Both the position numbers and the translations under genes were made by a program. From the NCBI RefSeq assembly GCF_009914755.1, contig NC_060941.1: DNA of 64,000 nucleotides; one strand, given 5' to 3'. This document shows positions 15,149 through 29,297 of this stretch, one piece after another (within the stretch, counting starts at the first letter, position 1; every line of letters begins with the position of its first letter). This DNA comes from the human T2T-CHM13v2.0 reference genome, Homo sapiens. Below the pieces are notes generated by a model. It was not told the DNA's origin. It saw nothing but the letters and a program-made list of their open reading frames with translations, and ran no database searches.

Positions 15149-15854
15149 CTCTTAATCGTTTGTTACAAATATAAATGTTAAAGATAAGTAGTGAGCAGGA
15201 ATCCCTGGGCCACCTTCTGAAAATGTTAGCGAGGTCATAGGAGGGGCATAGCACTGACTTTCTAATTTACGAAGCTCTGTTTTCCGTAGTGTTAATGTCA
15301 CTTCTGTTTGTGGGAATTATAAGTTTAAATGCACATAGCTAACGTTTGGAGAGGGTCTGCCATGAGTTGGATGCCATGCTAGGAGGGTTACACTCATAAA
15401 TGGTCATTTGCCTCTGCTTCAGTCTGGGAACTACTTGGTGGCAAGGTGTGTGGTCTATGCAAATACCAATGACCTGAATGACTTTTGTCAAGTCTCTTCG
15501 ATCCCAGAGCCTCATTTTCCTCATCTGTCACATGAAGGACACGTTAATTGCATTAACTATCTTATGGAAGTATTGCGAAATAGGAGTAAAATGCAGTGTG
15601 AAAGCCTTTTGTATCCTCACAGACACACCCAGGATCAATACTTTGCATCTTTCAATCCAATGAAGTTGACACTCAGTATTATCCATCACAAAAAGCATAA
15701 AACTATAAAGTTCTATGGAATGTGCCTAATTTAGTGTTCTATGATAGTGAATACTTAACGGAATGAAAAGATCAGTATTAATAATATGTTAGGTCAAATC
15801 TCCTTTACAATGAATCCCATGAAAACAAAATGATTTTCAAGCTTTGAGCTATAA

Positions 15855-16250
<396 letters not shown>

Positions 16251-16466
16251 TAAAGCAAAATTTTCCACAGCTAATCACAGAGGATTAGTAAGGCCTCTAT
16301 AATACCACACATTAAAAATGAGGAAATCACAAACTGAGTCCCATGTCTTCATTCTTTGTAGATTTGTTTTCTAGGTAATTAAAAAGGTACTTGTGAATAT
16401 ACTCTGCCTACTTCTAAAAAGTATTTGGGGATAGCCTATAATAATAGAAATAGGAGTAATAAAAGT

Positions 16467-16735
16467 GGGCCACGCACTGTGGCTCAGGCCTGAAATCCCA
16501 GCACTTTTGGAGGCTGAGGAGGGAGGACAGCTTGAGCCCAGGAGTTGGAGACCAGCCTGGGTAATGTAGTGAGATGCTGTCTTTACAAAAAATTTAAAAA
16601 TTAGCTAGGTTTCAGCTACTTGGGTGGCTGAGGTGGGAGGATCACTTGAGCCTGGAAGGTTGAGGTTACAGGGAGCTATGATTGTACCATTGCCTTCCAG
16701 CCCTAGGCAACAGAGTGTCAAAAAAAAAGAAAGAA
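16467..16735 (+). mobile_element. AluJ with internal deletion
   Basis: Sense diverged Alu. Confidence 0.88.
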
Positions 16736-17109
16736 ATGATAATAGTGAAATAATTTTAGAATATTTTCATCCAATTTACAGCCATTTCTTAATATTATCA
16801 GCGAAACAGAATTAATCTAGAGTTAGAAATGAGATCTATAGTTTCTGACACTGAAAGTATTTTATTCACTATAACTAAACATTGAGTGGCTGGTAGCTGA
16901 TAATAAATGACTTCTAGGGGTGGGGAGCCTGTAGAATTGTCCCAAACTATAGGACTCAAAGACAATGAACATAAATGTAATTAAGAAGTGGATTAGATCA
17001 AGAGGCAGTGCATGCTCAGATCATACATTTTGCTTCTGTTTGGATGTAACAGCCAGCCTTATGCAGAATATATTAAGAAAACCACACAAAAGGGAAATGA
17101 GTCACTTAC

Positions 17110-17207
17110 AAAAGACCAGAAAAGCTTAGGCTAACCGGCTAGACAAGACTTGGCCATGTCTTTTTCTGCCTTGGTTTCACTTGTATATCCTGAAAGCACC
17201 ACCTTGT
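17110..17207 (-). other. Candidate 98-nt non-coding internal exon
   Basis: Minus-strand acceptor catttttctctcctgtgattcAG, donor TTT|gtaagt; stops in all three frames. Confidence 0.4.
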
Positions 17208-17817
17208 CTGAATCACAGGAGAGAAAAATGTTTTTGGCAAATATACATTGGACACGTCCAGCTTTACTTTTGCTCTTTCTCTATGTCCCCGCACCCACCA
17301 TCCCACTGCCACACACACACACACACACACGCATCCAGGTGGCTTTGGAATGTATGTGGCTTTTCCCTTCGGGAGTCTCACCTTCATAATTATGTTTGAC
17401 CTGGACTAACATTAAAACATTTTGCTCTTCCCGAGAACACACCAATCAGCACGCGGTTCCATTTTCTCATGGATCATGACCCATTATCCTTTCTATTTTC
17501 TGCTGGAATGAAAGTTCCATGGCACAGGAACACCGTCTATATCTTGCTCACTTCCTGTACAGAGCCTGGCACATTGTTGGTACTCAATAAATATTTCTTG
17601 ATTGAATAAATATTTTCAGTCTCTCCTCCAGTGGCTATCTGCTTTGTCCTTAGCCTAAAGCATGTTCAAATCTCCTCCAGTAAACAAAAGACCAAAAAGT
17701 CCACCTGTTCTTCCCTATCCCTCCACTGCTACCAAATGCCTTGAAGTTAAAATAAACTATCCATAGCTAATGTCTTCTCCCTCATCGTACTTTGCAGTCA
17801 AGCTTTACTTATGCACT

Positions 17818-18118
<301 letters not shown>

Positions 18119-18146
18119 TGCATTGCTCACTCTTTAACCTTTGTAA

Positions 18147-18216
18147 TCCATCCATCCACCCACCCATCCATCCATCCATCCATCCATCCATCCATCCATC
18201 CATCCATTCATCCATC
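18147..18216. repeat. (CCAT)n tetranucleotide repeat
   Basis: Imperfect tandem ccat array. Confidence 0.95.
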
Positions 18217-18329
18217 CCTCCCCTCCTTGTCTCCCTCCCAACCATCTGTTCATCTGTTCACCTCCCCTTTTTTGCCCTCCTTCCTTTTATCCATCCATCC
18301 ACTCTTTCATCTCCCACCTTCCTCCTTCT

Positions 18330-18480
18330 GTCCTTTGCTTCTGTAAATGTATACACCAATGCTTACTATGTCCTAGGTACTGTGCTGGGTACTAGAGAGA
18401 GGATGTTTAAGAACAGTCACTGCAGTGGAAATGCTCTTGCTCCAATGGAAGATACAGATGTGGAAACTGAAGCTTCTTAA
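18330..18480 (-). mobile_element. L2 3' fragment
   Basis: aatgcttactatgtcctaggtactgtgctgggtactagaga. Confidence 0.6.
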
Positions 18481-18698
18481 ACCGGGACACGATTATTTCC
18501 CTTGGATGTGCATCAGGGTGCTATAGTAAGCGAAACCACAGAACGAAGATGGAGAAACTTGCTGGAGACTAAGCTTTACTCCATGTAAGTAACTGGAAAC
18601 ACCTGACACCCAAGTAAATTAAAACCAACATTTAGAATGACAGCATGAAAAACAGCATCAACCATTACCAAAACACAGGCCTTTAAAGAAGCATGCCA

Positions 18699-18868
18699 GG
18701 CTGGGCACAGTGACTCACGCCCATAATCCCAGCACTCTGGGAGGCTGAGGCAGGAGGACTCCTTGAGTCCAGGAGTTCAGGGCCAGTATGGGCAATATAG
18801 TGAGATGCCATTCTCTAAGACAAAAAAAAAAAAACAAAAAACAAAACAAAACAAAAAACAAAAAAACC
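18699..18868 (+). mobile_element. FLAM / left Alu monomer with A-rich tail
   Basis: Single monomer followed by (AAAAC)n. Confidence 0.85.
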
Positions 18869-19930
18869 AGCAGCATGTCATAGGCTGTGTTGGGATATGT
18901 CCCTGGTGAATGTTGAGTTAACTCTTCCCTGTTGCTGGGGGAACTCCTTAGAGGAGCCTGAAAAGCACTGAGAAGTAGAAAACTACTACACAAGGTGGCA
19001 TGCTAGCTAGAGAGATGAACTATAGTGCCAAGGGACCTCTGAGAAATTCACAACAGTGTTGAGTGAATTTTGCAGAAGGCTGAATAGGACTGCCTTTACA
19101 GAGGAGGCGATATTTGAAGTGGTTCCTGAAAGAGGAGTGGCTCACCAGGAAGAGCAGGGGAGAGTATTGTGGGTGGAGGAAGCAGTGTGTGCAATTACCA
19201 GGGCTGCGAATGGACCTGACATAGAATAGGAAAGAGTCTAGCAGAAAGAATCAGCTCCTCTTCTAGCAGCTGAAAAAGGACGTGGGTTTTGATGGCACAA
19301 TGAAGGGCCTAGGTATCTTGCTAGAAAGTTCCAAAGCTGAAGACCATTCCCTCTCCTTGAAACTCTTTTTCTCTCAGCACTGCTGTCATTCTGCTTCTCC
19401 TACTTCTTTGACAAGTTCTTCTTAGTCCTGTTTACTTATTTCTCCTCCTCAACACCCCTTTCCCACCTTTGGAATGTTATGTTCCTGAGAGTTCCTTATT
19501 GGCCATGTTTTTCTTCTTCTTCTCCACACATGGCTTGTTTCATTCACTCCCACCACTTCAACTTCCTTTAAGCTGGCTTCCCAATCCACACTCCCCAGTA
19601 CAGACTCCTGGGGTCCAGGCTCCCAGTTCTCACTGCTTAGATATTTCCACCTGAACTGAACTATATCCTTTTAAAATAAGTAAGTTCTAACATGTCTGTG
19701 TCATCTTCCATGCTCTTCCCCTCCTTTCTAGGGCTCTGCCTCTGCCTCCCATAGTTGTTATGGTCTAGGCTAATGGAACCGTGATCTACCAACTCACCTA
19801 AATAAAATACCTGAGTCACCAGTTACTCTGCTCATCACCTACAGCCATTCAGTTGCCTGCCCTCCTGAGCCTCTGTTCAATATGTTCTTTCCTTTAAAAC
19901 TCCACTGGGATTCTCAACTGAGCTGAGAGT

Positions 19931-19964
19931 CCCTGCCCCTGCCCCTGCCCCTGCCCCTGCCCCT
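19931..19964. repeat. (CCCCTG)n hexamer run; G-quadruplex-capable on minus strand
   Basis: ccctgcccctgcccctgcccctgcccctgcccct. Confidence 0.9.
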
Positions 19965-20179
19965 ACCTGAGGTTGAGAATCACTGCACATAGTGAGAGCT
20001 ACTCCTGATGGGTGTACTCTGTACAATTAGACTGTGTGGGGGCAGGAAAGGGTTGGAATCACTGCCATGGCCAGATCCCTCTTGGGCAACTGCAACACCT
20101 AGTTAATTGGTCTCCCTGATACCAGTTCCTTCCCCTCTGGAACCTTCTCCACACTTCTTCAGTTATCTTTGAAATACAG

Positions 20180-21270
20180 AAATCTGATTAAAGATGACAA
20201 ATTATTGAAATTTATAATATAAAAATTATTAAAATTTGTAAAAGTACTGAAGAATGGGAAGGATATATAAGTGAATATTTACCTGATCTTTCAGTGGGGA
20301 AAAGCATTCATGTAAAGGCTAAAGGAAAGGACAGAATTGACCACATACAAATGCAAAACTTTTGTTGAAAAAAGAATGCAGAAAGACAGACTGGGAAAGT
20401 ATCTGCAAGTAGTGTAAATGGTCTTAATATATAAAAAGCTCCTAAAAATTAGTAACCAAATCATAAACACACCAAAAGAAAAAAAATCAGCAAAGGATAT
20501 GAATAATCCATGAAACACGTACAAATCACAGGTAGACCCATGGCAGAAAACGTTCAATTTCATTTAAGAAATGCAGACTGAAACAATGGATATACGAAGT
20601 TTTTTCCTTTTCAAACGGGCCAATTAAATCTAGTGCAAAGTGAGTAGCTTGGTAAGTGAAGTATGCTCACACTTGGCTGGTAGGAGCATAACATGGTACA
20701 AGCTTTTAGGAAGCTAATCTAGAAAAATGTACGAAAAGCCTTAAAAAATATACACTTTTTGACCCCGCAACTCTGTCTCTAGGAATTCCTAAGGAAACAA
20801 TTACGGATATGAATAAATACATCATTTTAAGGATAATTATCACAGCACTGTTCGTAAGGCTGAAAATTAGAAACATTCTAGGTGCTCAATCGCAGGGCTT
20901 GTCGAATAAATGTACGAATTTAGCACAAATTTCCTGTGTCACTGTTCCTTTCCAGCACAGCCTTTAACACCTGTGTGGTTAGCATGAAATACCACACAGA
21001 TATTACAAGCTGTGCTGGAAAAGAACAGTGACACAGGAAAACATTTTCAGAATGTTTGCTCTATATTGTTAAGTGAAATCACAATTATAAGATAGAATGT
21101 ACAGAAGAATCTCATATTTGTAAAACTATACACAGATCTATATGCAAAGAAGATATAAAAATGTGAACAATGGTTTGAATGTGTGCTTCCAGTTTTTTTT
21201 AATGTACTTGTGTATATTTTCTAAAATTTCTACAAATAGAGTTACTTTGTTGTCAGAAAAAATATTTTTA
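20180..21270 (+). mobile_element. Old L1M (L1MC/ME-type) 3' remnant
   Basis: Decayed ORF2-end and 3'UTR motifs (acagactgggaaagtatctgcaa, ttgaccccgcaactctgtctctaggaatt, atattgttaagtgaaa). Confidence 0.7.
20930..21040. repeat. Inverted repeat, 50-bp arms, 11-nt loop
   Basis: Arms 20930-20979 and 20991-21040 are 45/50 reverse-complementary with no gaps. Confidence 0.95.
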
Positions 21271-21299
21271 AGTGGAAACACAAAATCCTCCTCTGTTCT

Positions 21300-21900
21300 G
21301 GCTGCCTGTTGTCTGTTGCATAAAACCAAAATCTCTTGACCTGGTATCCTAGGCTTGTCGCAATCTGCCTCCTCCTTGGCTTTCCAGCCTGCTTTTCCCG
21401 CTCGTCCCGGCTAGAATCCTGTATCCGTGGCACATCCACCAACACCCATGCCATTCCAGACCCTTGCCCACAATAGCCACACCCCTCCTCACACCACGTG
21501 CAAAGCCGTGGCTAATGGTCTGTTCCTCCAACTCCTGGCCAGCTTTCAATTCCTCAAGCATACTAAGTTCTTTTCTGCCTCAGGGCCTTTGCACCAACTA
21601 TTCTTCCTGACTGGGTTGGTCTTCACAGTTCCTGTTCATCTTCCGAGCCTGAGCTGAAGTGTCACCTCTTCATTTGGCCTTCTCCCACCACTCTATGAAA
21701 AGAGGGCACCTCGTTTTCTGCCTCAGAGCCCTGCTTATTCCTCCTTAGCACTTATCATATCGAATTATTTTTACTCATTTGTTTACTTGGGTTTTGTGTG
21801 TTTGCCCCACTGGAATGTAAGGTTGAGAACAGGGAGTGTGATGTGTCTAACCCAGGGCCTTGCACATGGCAGGTGCACGTAGTTATTTACGGAATGGGCA
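21300..21900 (+). mobile_element. L2 fragments
   Basis: ctgcctcagggcctttgcac, ccccactggaatgtaagg, cagggccttgcacatggcaggtgc. Confidence 0.6.
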
Positions 21901-22265
21901 AACAGTGGGAAGACCAACTGCTTTGTAAAGCCTTTCTATGTGCTGCCATGGGACTCCCAATGGGGGAGACTCATCTCTACCAATCTTCTCTTACCTATAT
22001 TTTTCTAACTTAATGCAGTTCTTTCTTTACAGCTGTTGCCTGCCATGGACTGTAGGTGCTCTGACACAGACTGGATAGAGCAGCCAAGGCCTGGCCCACT
22101 GCAGGTGGTCAACAAGTGGGTGCTCTGAATGAATGGGTGAGTGGGGCTCCTGAGGGCTCGAAGTGGGTGGAGGAAGCCATTCTAGAATTGAACAGTTGCT
22201 ACAGGTCACACAGATGATGAAACACTGCCTACAGGCCAGCTTCAGCTCACACAAGCCCACTGTAA

Positions 22266-22460
<195 letters not shown>

Positions 22461-22780
22461 TAGCAACAAGTTAGTTAGCAACTTATTCTTGAGCTTCACA
22501 TTTAAAAAATGAACATCACATTTAACATTAAGACCATGGGAATTAAATGAAGACAAAATAGGAATATTATAGTGTTTTGGGTCTGTGAGAAAATGATTTG
22601 TGCTAAACTCCCTAACCTAAGGAATTTACAGGCTCTTTGTGGAACCTGAAACTTGATGATGTTTGTTTCCTTTACAATGTGGCTTGGTGAGACCTCTAGG
22701 AAGAGATCTCACATATTTTACAGACAAATGATGCAGGGAAATCACCCCAATTAAGGCAGTTTAAACTATGATGAATGTAG

Positions 22781-23153
<373 letters not shown>

Positions 23154-23237
23154 CTAGTTCATCTTTAGTAAAGGTGGCCAAACTGGGTGGGGCTTGAGAT
23201 GCTCTGGTGCTCTAGTTCAGGAGTCGGCAAACTTCCT

Positions 23238-23445
23238 TTTTTTTCTTTTTCTTCTTTTTTTGAGACAAGGTCTTGCTCTGTCACTCAGGCCAGAGTGCAG
23301 TGGCAGGATCTTGGGTCACTTCAGTCTCAACCTCACAGGTTCAAGCGATCCTCCCGTTACCCACCCTCACCCCCATCCAGTAGCTGGGACTACAGGAGCA
23401 CGCCACCATGCCTAAATTTTGTATTTTTTGCAGAGATGGGGTTTC
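23238..23445 (-). mobile_element. Truncated Alu inside MER58B
   Basis: Antisense right arm plus linker. Confidence 0.85.
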
Positions 23446-23544
23446 GCTCAGCAAAGTCTTTCTATAAGAGGAAAGATGGTAAATATTTCAGCTTTGCAGG
23501 TCATACAGTCTGCACTGTAACTATGTAATTTGGACATAATTATA

Positions 23545-23770
23545 TAATGTTTTGTGACACCTGAAAATTATATAAAATTCAAATTGTGTTTATAAATAAC
23601 ATTTTATGGGAACACAGCCACGCTCATTCATTTATGTCCACACTCCACAGCCATGTCCACATTTATTGAAACTGTGGACGTAAATGAATGGGCATGGCTG
23701 TGTTCCCATAAAATGTTATTTATAGACACAATTTGAATTTTACATAATTTTCAGGTGTTACAAAATATTA
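23545..23770. repeat. Inverted repeat, 98-bp arms, 30-bp spacer
   Basis: Arms 23545-23642 and 23673-23770 are 91/98 reverse-complementary, no gaps, all mismatches transitions. Confidence 0.95.
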
Positions 23771-24544
23771 AACCTCTCTTGAGTTTTTATCCCCTTAAAC
23801 ATATAAAAATGCAAAGTCATCTTGGGGGTGGGCCAGATTCTATTGTGGATCAAAGTTTGTCAACCTCAGGTCTAGTTTAAAACAGTTTGTCTGTGTGGGA
23901 AACCATGGGATGATAAAAAGAAACACTCTGAGAGGCAGGGCCCTCCTTGATCTCAAGAGTAAGTTCCAACCCTTGAGTGCCTAGGCCCAATGGAAACAAT
24001 TTATTTCTGAGCACAGCCAGGCTGGAGATGGGCAGCAGACAGTTAACACTGAACAGAAGATGGAGCAGCAAGGAAACAAGGCTTTGCTCTCAGAAGAGAA
24101 GAGTGTTCTTTGAAGTTTGATTAAAAGTGTTTTACTTCACACCTTATGGAAGCACATTACATTGTGCTTTTTCACTGCAGGATGAACAGAAAATCAGTAA
24201 TGCACTGCTATCATCACATGCTCACACCTGTGGTTTGAAAACAGCAAACAAACCACTCTCCATGCAAGGGCGCATTGTCAGATAACACAACCACTGAGAA
24301 TAAGAGCCCAGAAATGTTCTTTCTTTTCAAGAGAACCAGGCTTCCTCCACAGTTCTCCCTGGTTTTGCTATAGAATGAATTCCCAGGGAGATGAGAGGAT
24401 ATAGAGGTCATTAACACGCTCCGTCTCTTCTGCCCCTCTCATTTTCTATTTTAAAATGTGCTTCCATTTTAAATATTTTACTTCCTCTGCTTTGAATAAT
24501 ACCAGTACCCTACATCTGACAGGGAGTATAGTCTTGGGACAAGA

Positions 24545-24795
24545 CACTGAGGCGGGGAGTAGATGCTGGAGCCAGACTGTCTGAGCTCTGGTCCATTACT
24601 ATAATAATTAGCTGTGGTCCTGAGAAAGCCACTGAACCCTTCCATGCCTCAGTTTCTCCAGCTATAAATGGCAGTAATAATAGGGCCCACCTTCTAGAGT
24701 TACTGTGAGGCTTATATGAGCTAACATATGCATGGTGCTTTCAATATAGCCTAGCACAGACTAAGGACTAGACAAATGTTAACTATTTTTATTAT
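24545..24795 (+). mobile_element. MIR
   Basis: ctggagccagactgtctg ... atgcctcagtttctccagctataaatggcagtaataatag ... aaatgttaactatttttatt. Confidence 0.8.
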
Positions 24796-25025
24796 CTGCA
24801 TGTGTTTAATAAGTATCTCAGAACGTGTGCTTGTGTGTGTGCAATATGAACCAAATTGTCTTTCAAGGGCTTCTAAATTACTGAATTGGATCTTGAATTT
24901 CCTGAACTTTACTTGTTGGGGCATGTTCTTTAAAGAAAAGCTTGTATAAAAAAGGGTTTGTAATCCATATACAATAGGGATCTCAACTGTTTTCTGAAGC
25001 GCAATTTATTTTTCTCATATACTTT

Positions 25026-25449
25026 TCTTAAATTAAGTTTAGCTTAATGTTGCCTCCTTACATATTTTAAGTTTGGACTAAAGGTTTCTCCACACATAAT
25101 GACCTGTAACCTAACTGGATGTGTGAGCAGACCATAATCTACTCTTGAAACTCGGAGCTGAGTCTCACTCAATCACTTGAGTTTCAGCTGAGTTTCAGCC
25201 AATCACAGGTGTTCAGCTGTTCAAGCCAAGGTCAAATAAGGCACATGCTCAGCTGTAGCCAATCCAGCTGCTTCTGTAGTTTACTTCTGTTTTGTATACT
25301 CACTTTCTTTTTCTGTCCATAAACATTATCTGACCATGTGGCAGCCCCAGAGTTGTTCTCAATCTATTCTGGTTCCGGAGGCTGCCTGATTTGTGAATCA
25401 TTCTTTGCTCAATTAAACTCTGTTAAATTTAATTTGCCTAAATTGAACA
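25026..25449 (+). mobile_element. MER57B-type ERV1 solo LTR
   Basis: ttaaattaagtttagc...gcctccttacatattttaagtt...aaaggtttctcc...gccaatc...caattaaactctgttaaatttaatttg matches recalled MER57 consensus end to end. Confidence 0.88.
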
Positions 25450-25722
25450 CTTCTGGCACTTTGTTACCATTATCTTTTTATCACATTTCATCATTTCCAT
25501 CCTAATACGTTTTACTATCTTTAACTTCTCTTTTTATTGATATCTATCATTAATTTTTTGTAATTTAAATCAATTATATCCATTCCCAGCCACAGACCTT
25601 TAAATGAAGTATTTCTTGACTCTTCAGTGTCACTGTCTGTATTTGTCAATGCTATGGTATTGTAATGCAGTGACACAGTAGTTATCCTATAGAAACCCTC
25701 ATCCAACTGCATAAAAAGTGTG

Positions 25723-26059
<337 letters not shown>

Positions 26060-26269
26060 CTATTCTGAAGAATAAGCTAGTCTCTTCTTTTTTGCATAAA
26101 TATGGTAATTGATTCATATGACTATGGCAGGTTATCAGAGACACAGTTTCTGGAGTTTAAGTAATACTGAGATGAAGCCAAAAGAGACAGTAGTAGTCCA
26201 CAAAAGTTACTGCAAGAAAGAAATGTATGTTATGGAGATATTTAAGTAAAAAAAAAGTAATACCCAGAG

Positions 26270-26274
<5 letters not shown>

Positions 26275-26333
<59 letters not shown>
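26275..26333. repeat. (TA)n microsatellite, about 29 uninterrupted units
   Basis: Perfect alternating AT run. Confidence 0.98.
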
Positions 26334-26334
<1 letters not shown>

Positions 26335-26383
26335 CTTTTATACCTAAAGTTAAAAATTCTGACTCAAGATTAGCCGGTGAATC

Positions 26384-26965
26384 TTTTTTTTTTGAGATGG
26401 AGTCTTGCTCTGTCACCCAGCCTGGAGGGCAGTTGCAAAATCTCAACTCTCTGCAACCTCCGCCTCTCGGGTTCAAGTGATTCTCCTGCCTCAGCCTACT
26501 GAGTAGCTGGGATTACAGGCGTGTGCCGTCATTCCTAGTTAATTTTTGTATTTTTAGTAGAGACGGGGTTTCATCGTGTTGTTCAGGCTGGTTTCAAATT
26601 CCCGATCTCGTGATCTGCCCGCCTTGGCCTCCCAAAGTGCGAGGATTACAGGCATGAGCCACTATGCGTGGCTTTTTTTTTTTTTTTTGAGAGTCTTGCT
26701 CTTGCTGCCCAGGCTGGAGTGCAATGGTGTGATCTCGATTCACTGCTACCTCTGCCTCCTGGGTTCAAGTGATTCTCCTGCCTCAACCTCCTGAGTAGCT
26801 AGGATTACAGGCACCTGCCACCACGCCCAGCTAATTTTTGTATTTTTAGTAGAGACAGGGTTTCACCATGTTGGCCAGGCTAGTCTCGAACTCCTGACCT
26901 CAGGTGATCCACCCGCCTCAACCTCCCAAAGTCTGGCATTACAGGTGTGAGCCACAAAGCCCAGT
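26384..26965 (-). mobile_element. Two abutting AluS elements (26384-26672, 26673-26965)
   Basis: Tandem antisense Alus; tagc(c/t)ggtgaatcttt flanks the pair. Confidence 0.93.
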
Positions 26966-27163
26966 CTAGCTGGTGAATCTTTCAAAGAGAGGTATGTTTT
27001 TGAAAATGTGTAAGAGTAAACCGGCACTTATAACATCCATCACTCAGTCCCATTACAAATTCTACATTTGTAAGTTCTTTTTTTGCTTCAATTTTTTTCC
27101 AACTCTCTCCTTTTTTTTTAATTCTAAAATTCATACATGTTTATTGTAGAAAATTTGGAAAGT

Positions 27164-27582
<419 letters not shown>

Positions 27583-27625
27583 TTACGTATCCTTTTAGTA
27601 ATTAACTTTTGCTATAAAGAGTTAA

Positions 27626-27965
<340 letters not shown>

Positions 27966-28257
27966 ATACGCTCGTTCTTTCAATGAACATTTTTTTTGAA
28001 ATTGTGACCACAATCAGAATATAATATTACACACATAAAAAAACTTATTTTATCATAAGCACTTTCCTTTGACATCAAAAAGTTTGTAAAGGTAAGCTGC
28101 AAAATATTTCATTTCATAATTTCATATCATTATTTAGATATTCTTTAATCATTTAGACTGTTTCCAGTTTTTTACTATTTATAAATAACTTATTTATGGA
28201 TCTTTACATATAAAATTGTGCCCATATTTCTGATTATTTTCTTAGGATATTTCTTTC

Positions 28258-28545
28258 CTTTTAAATTTTTAATTTTTTTGAGATAGGGTCTTGCTCTGTT
28301 GCCCAGGCTGGAATGCAATGGTGTGATCAAGGCTCACTGCAGCCTTGACCTCCTGGGCTCAAGTGATTCTTCTACCTCAGCCTCATGAGTAGCTAGGACT
28401 ACAGGTGCATGCCACCAGGCCCAGCTAATTTTGAAACTTTTTGTAGAGACGAGGTTCTGCTATGTTGCCCAGGCTGGCCTCAAGTGATCCTCCTGCCTCA
28501 CCTCCCAAAGTGCTGGGATTATAGGCGTGCGCCACCACGCCCGGA
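28258..28545 (-). mobile_element. AluJ
   Basis: Antisense Alu; aggatatttct on both flanks. Confidence 0.9.
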
Positions 28546-28983
28546 CAGGATATTTCTTAAAAGGAGATTGTTAGGGAAAATGATGTGAGCATTAAAATAT
28601 TAGTAATGTTATTTTTTCCCTTTAATTCTAAATGTACAACATAACCCTAGAAATAATTATGATTAACATTTTATGGTATTTCCTTTGTCTTTTTAAAGGG
28701 AGGGGCATTTGAAAGACAGTTCATACTTTCAAATGGTTTTCTAGATTTATATCAATTACCTCTCAGCAGCAATATATCAATGCAGAACCTTACTGCATTC
28801 TCGTGAATGTAGACTATTATCAAAATAAATTATACTGACTTGAAGGAAAAATCGTATCTCATTGTTTTGTTAAGACATCTTTGATTATTAATGAAGTTGA
28901 GCTTCTGTTTTTCTAAATGTTAACTATTTATATATGTTGTTATTTTCCGTTTTCTTTGCAATTACAGCTCTTTTTTTCTTCTC

Positions 28984-29297
28984 TTTTTTTTTTTTTTTTT
29001 TTTTTTTTGAGACAGAGTCTTGCTCTGTTGCCCAGGCTGGAGCGTAGTGGCACAATCCTGGCTCACAGCAACCTCCGTCTCCCGGGTTCCAGCGATTCTT
29101 TTGCCTCAGCCTCCTGAGTAGCTGGGATTACAGACACGCACCACTGTGCCCAGCTAATTTTTTTTTTTCATTTTTAGTAGAGATGGGGTTTCAAACCATG
29201 TTGGCCAGGCTAGTCTCGAACTCCTGATCTCAAGTGATTCACCCACCTCAGCCTCCAAAAGTGCTGGGATTACAGGCGTGTGCCACCGCACCCAGCC
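28984..29297 (-). mobile_element. AluS
   Basis: Antisense Alu; tgcaattac on both flanks. Confidence 0.93.

Larger units (their letters stand above)
23218..23870. mobile_element. MER58B (hAT-Charlie), interrupted by an Alu and carrying an internal inverted duplication
   Basis: TIRs caggagtcggcaaact ... agtttgtcaacctcag; tctag on both flanks; internal gtaaatgaatgggcatggctgtgttcc...tttgaattttacataattttca. Confidence 0.8.

Noticed and set aside
22033-22136. Plus-strand exon candidate (also acceptors near 24180 and 43610)
   Set aside because: Good-looking splice signals but no coherent chain or reading frame; indistinguishable from chance without RNA data
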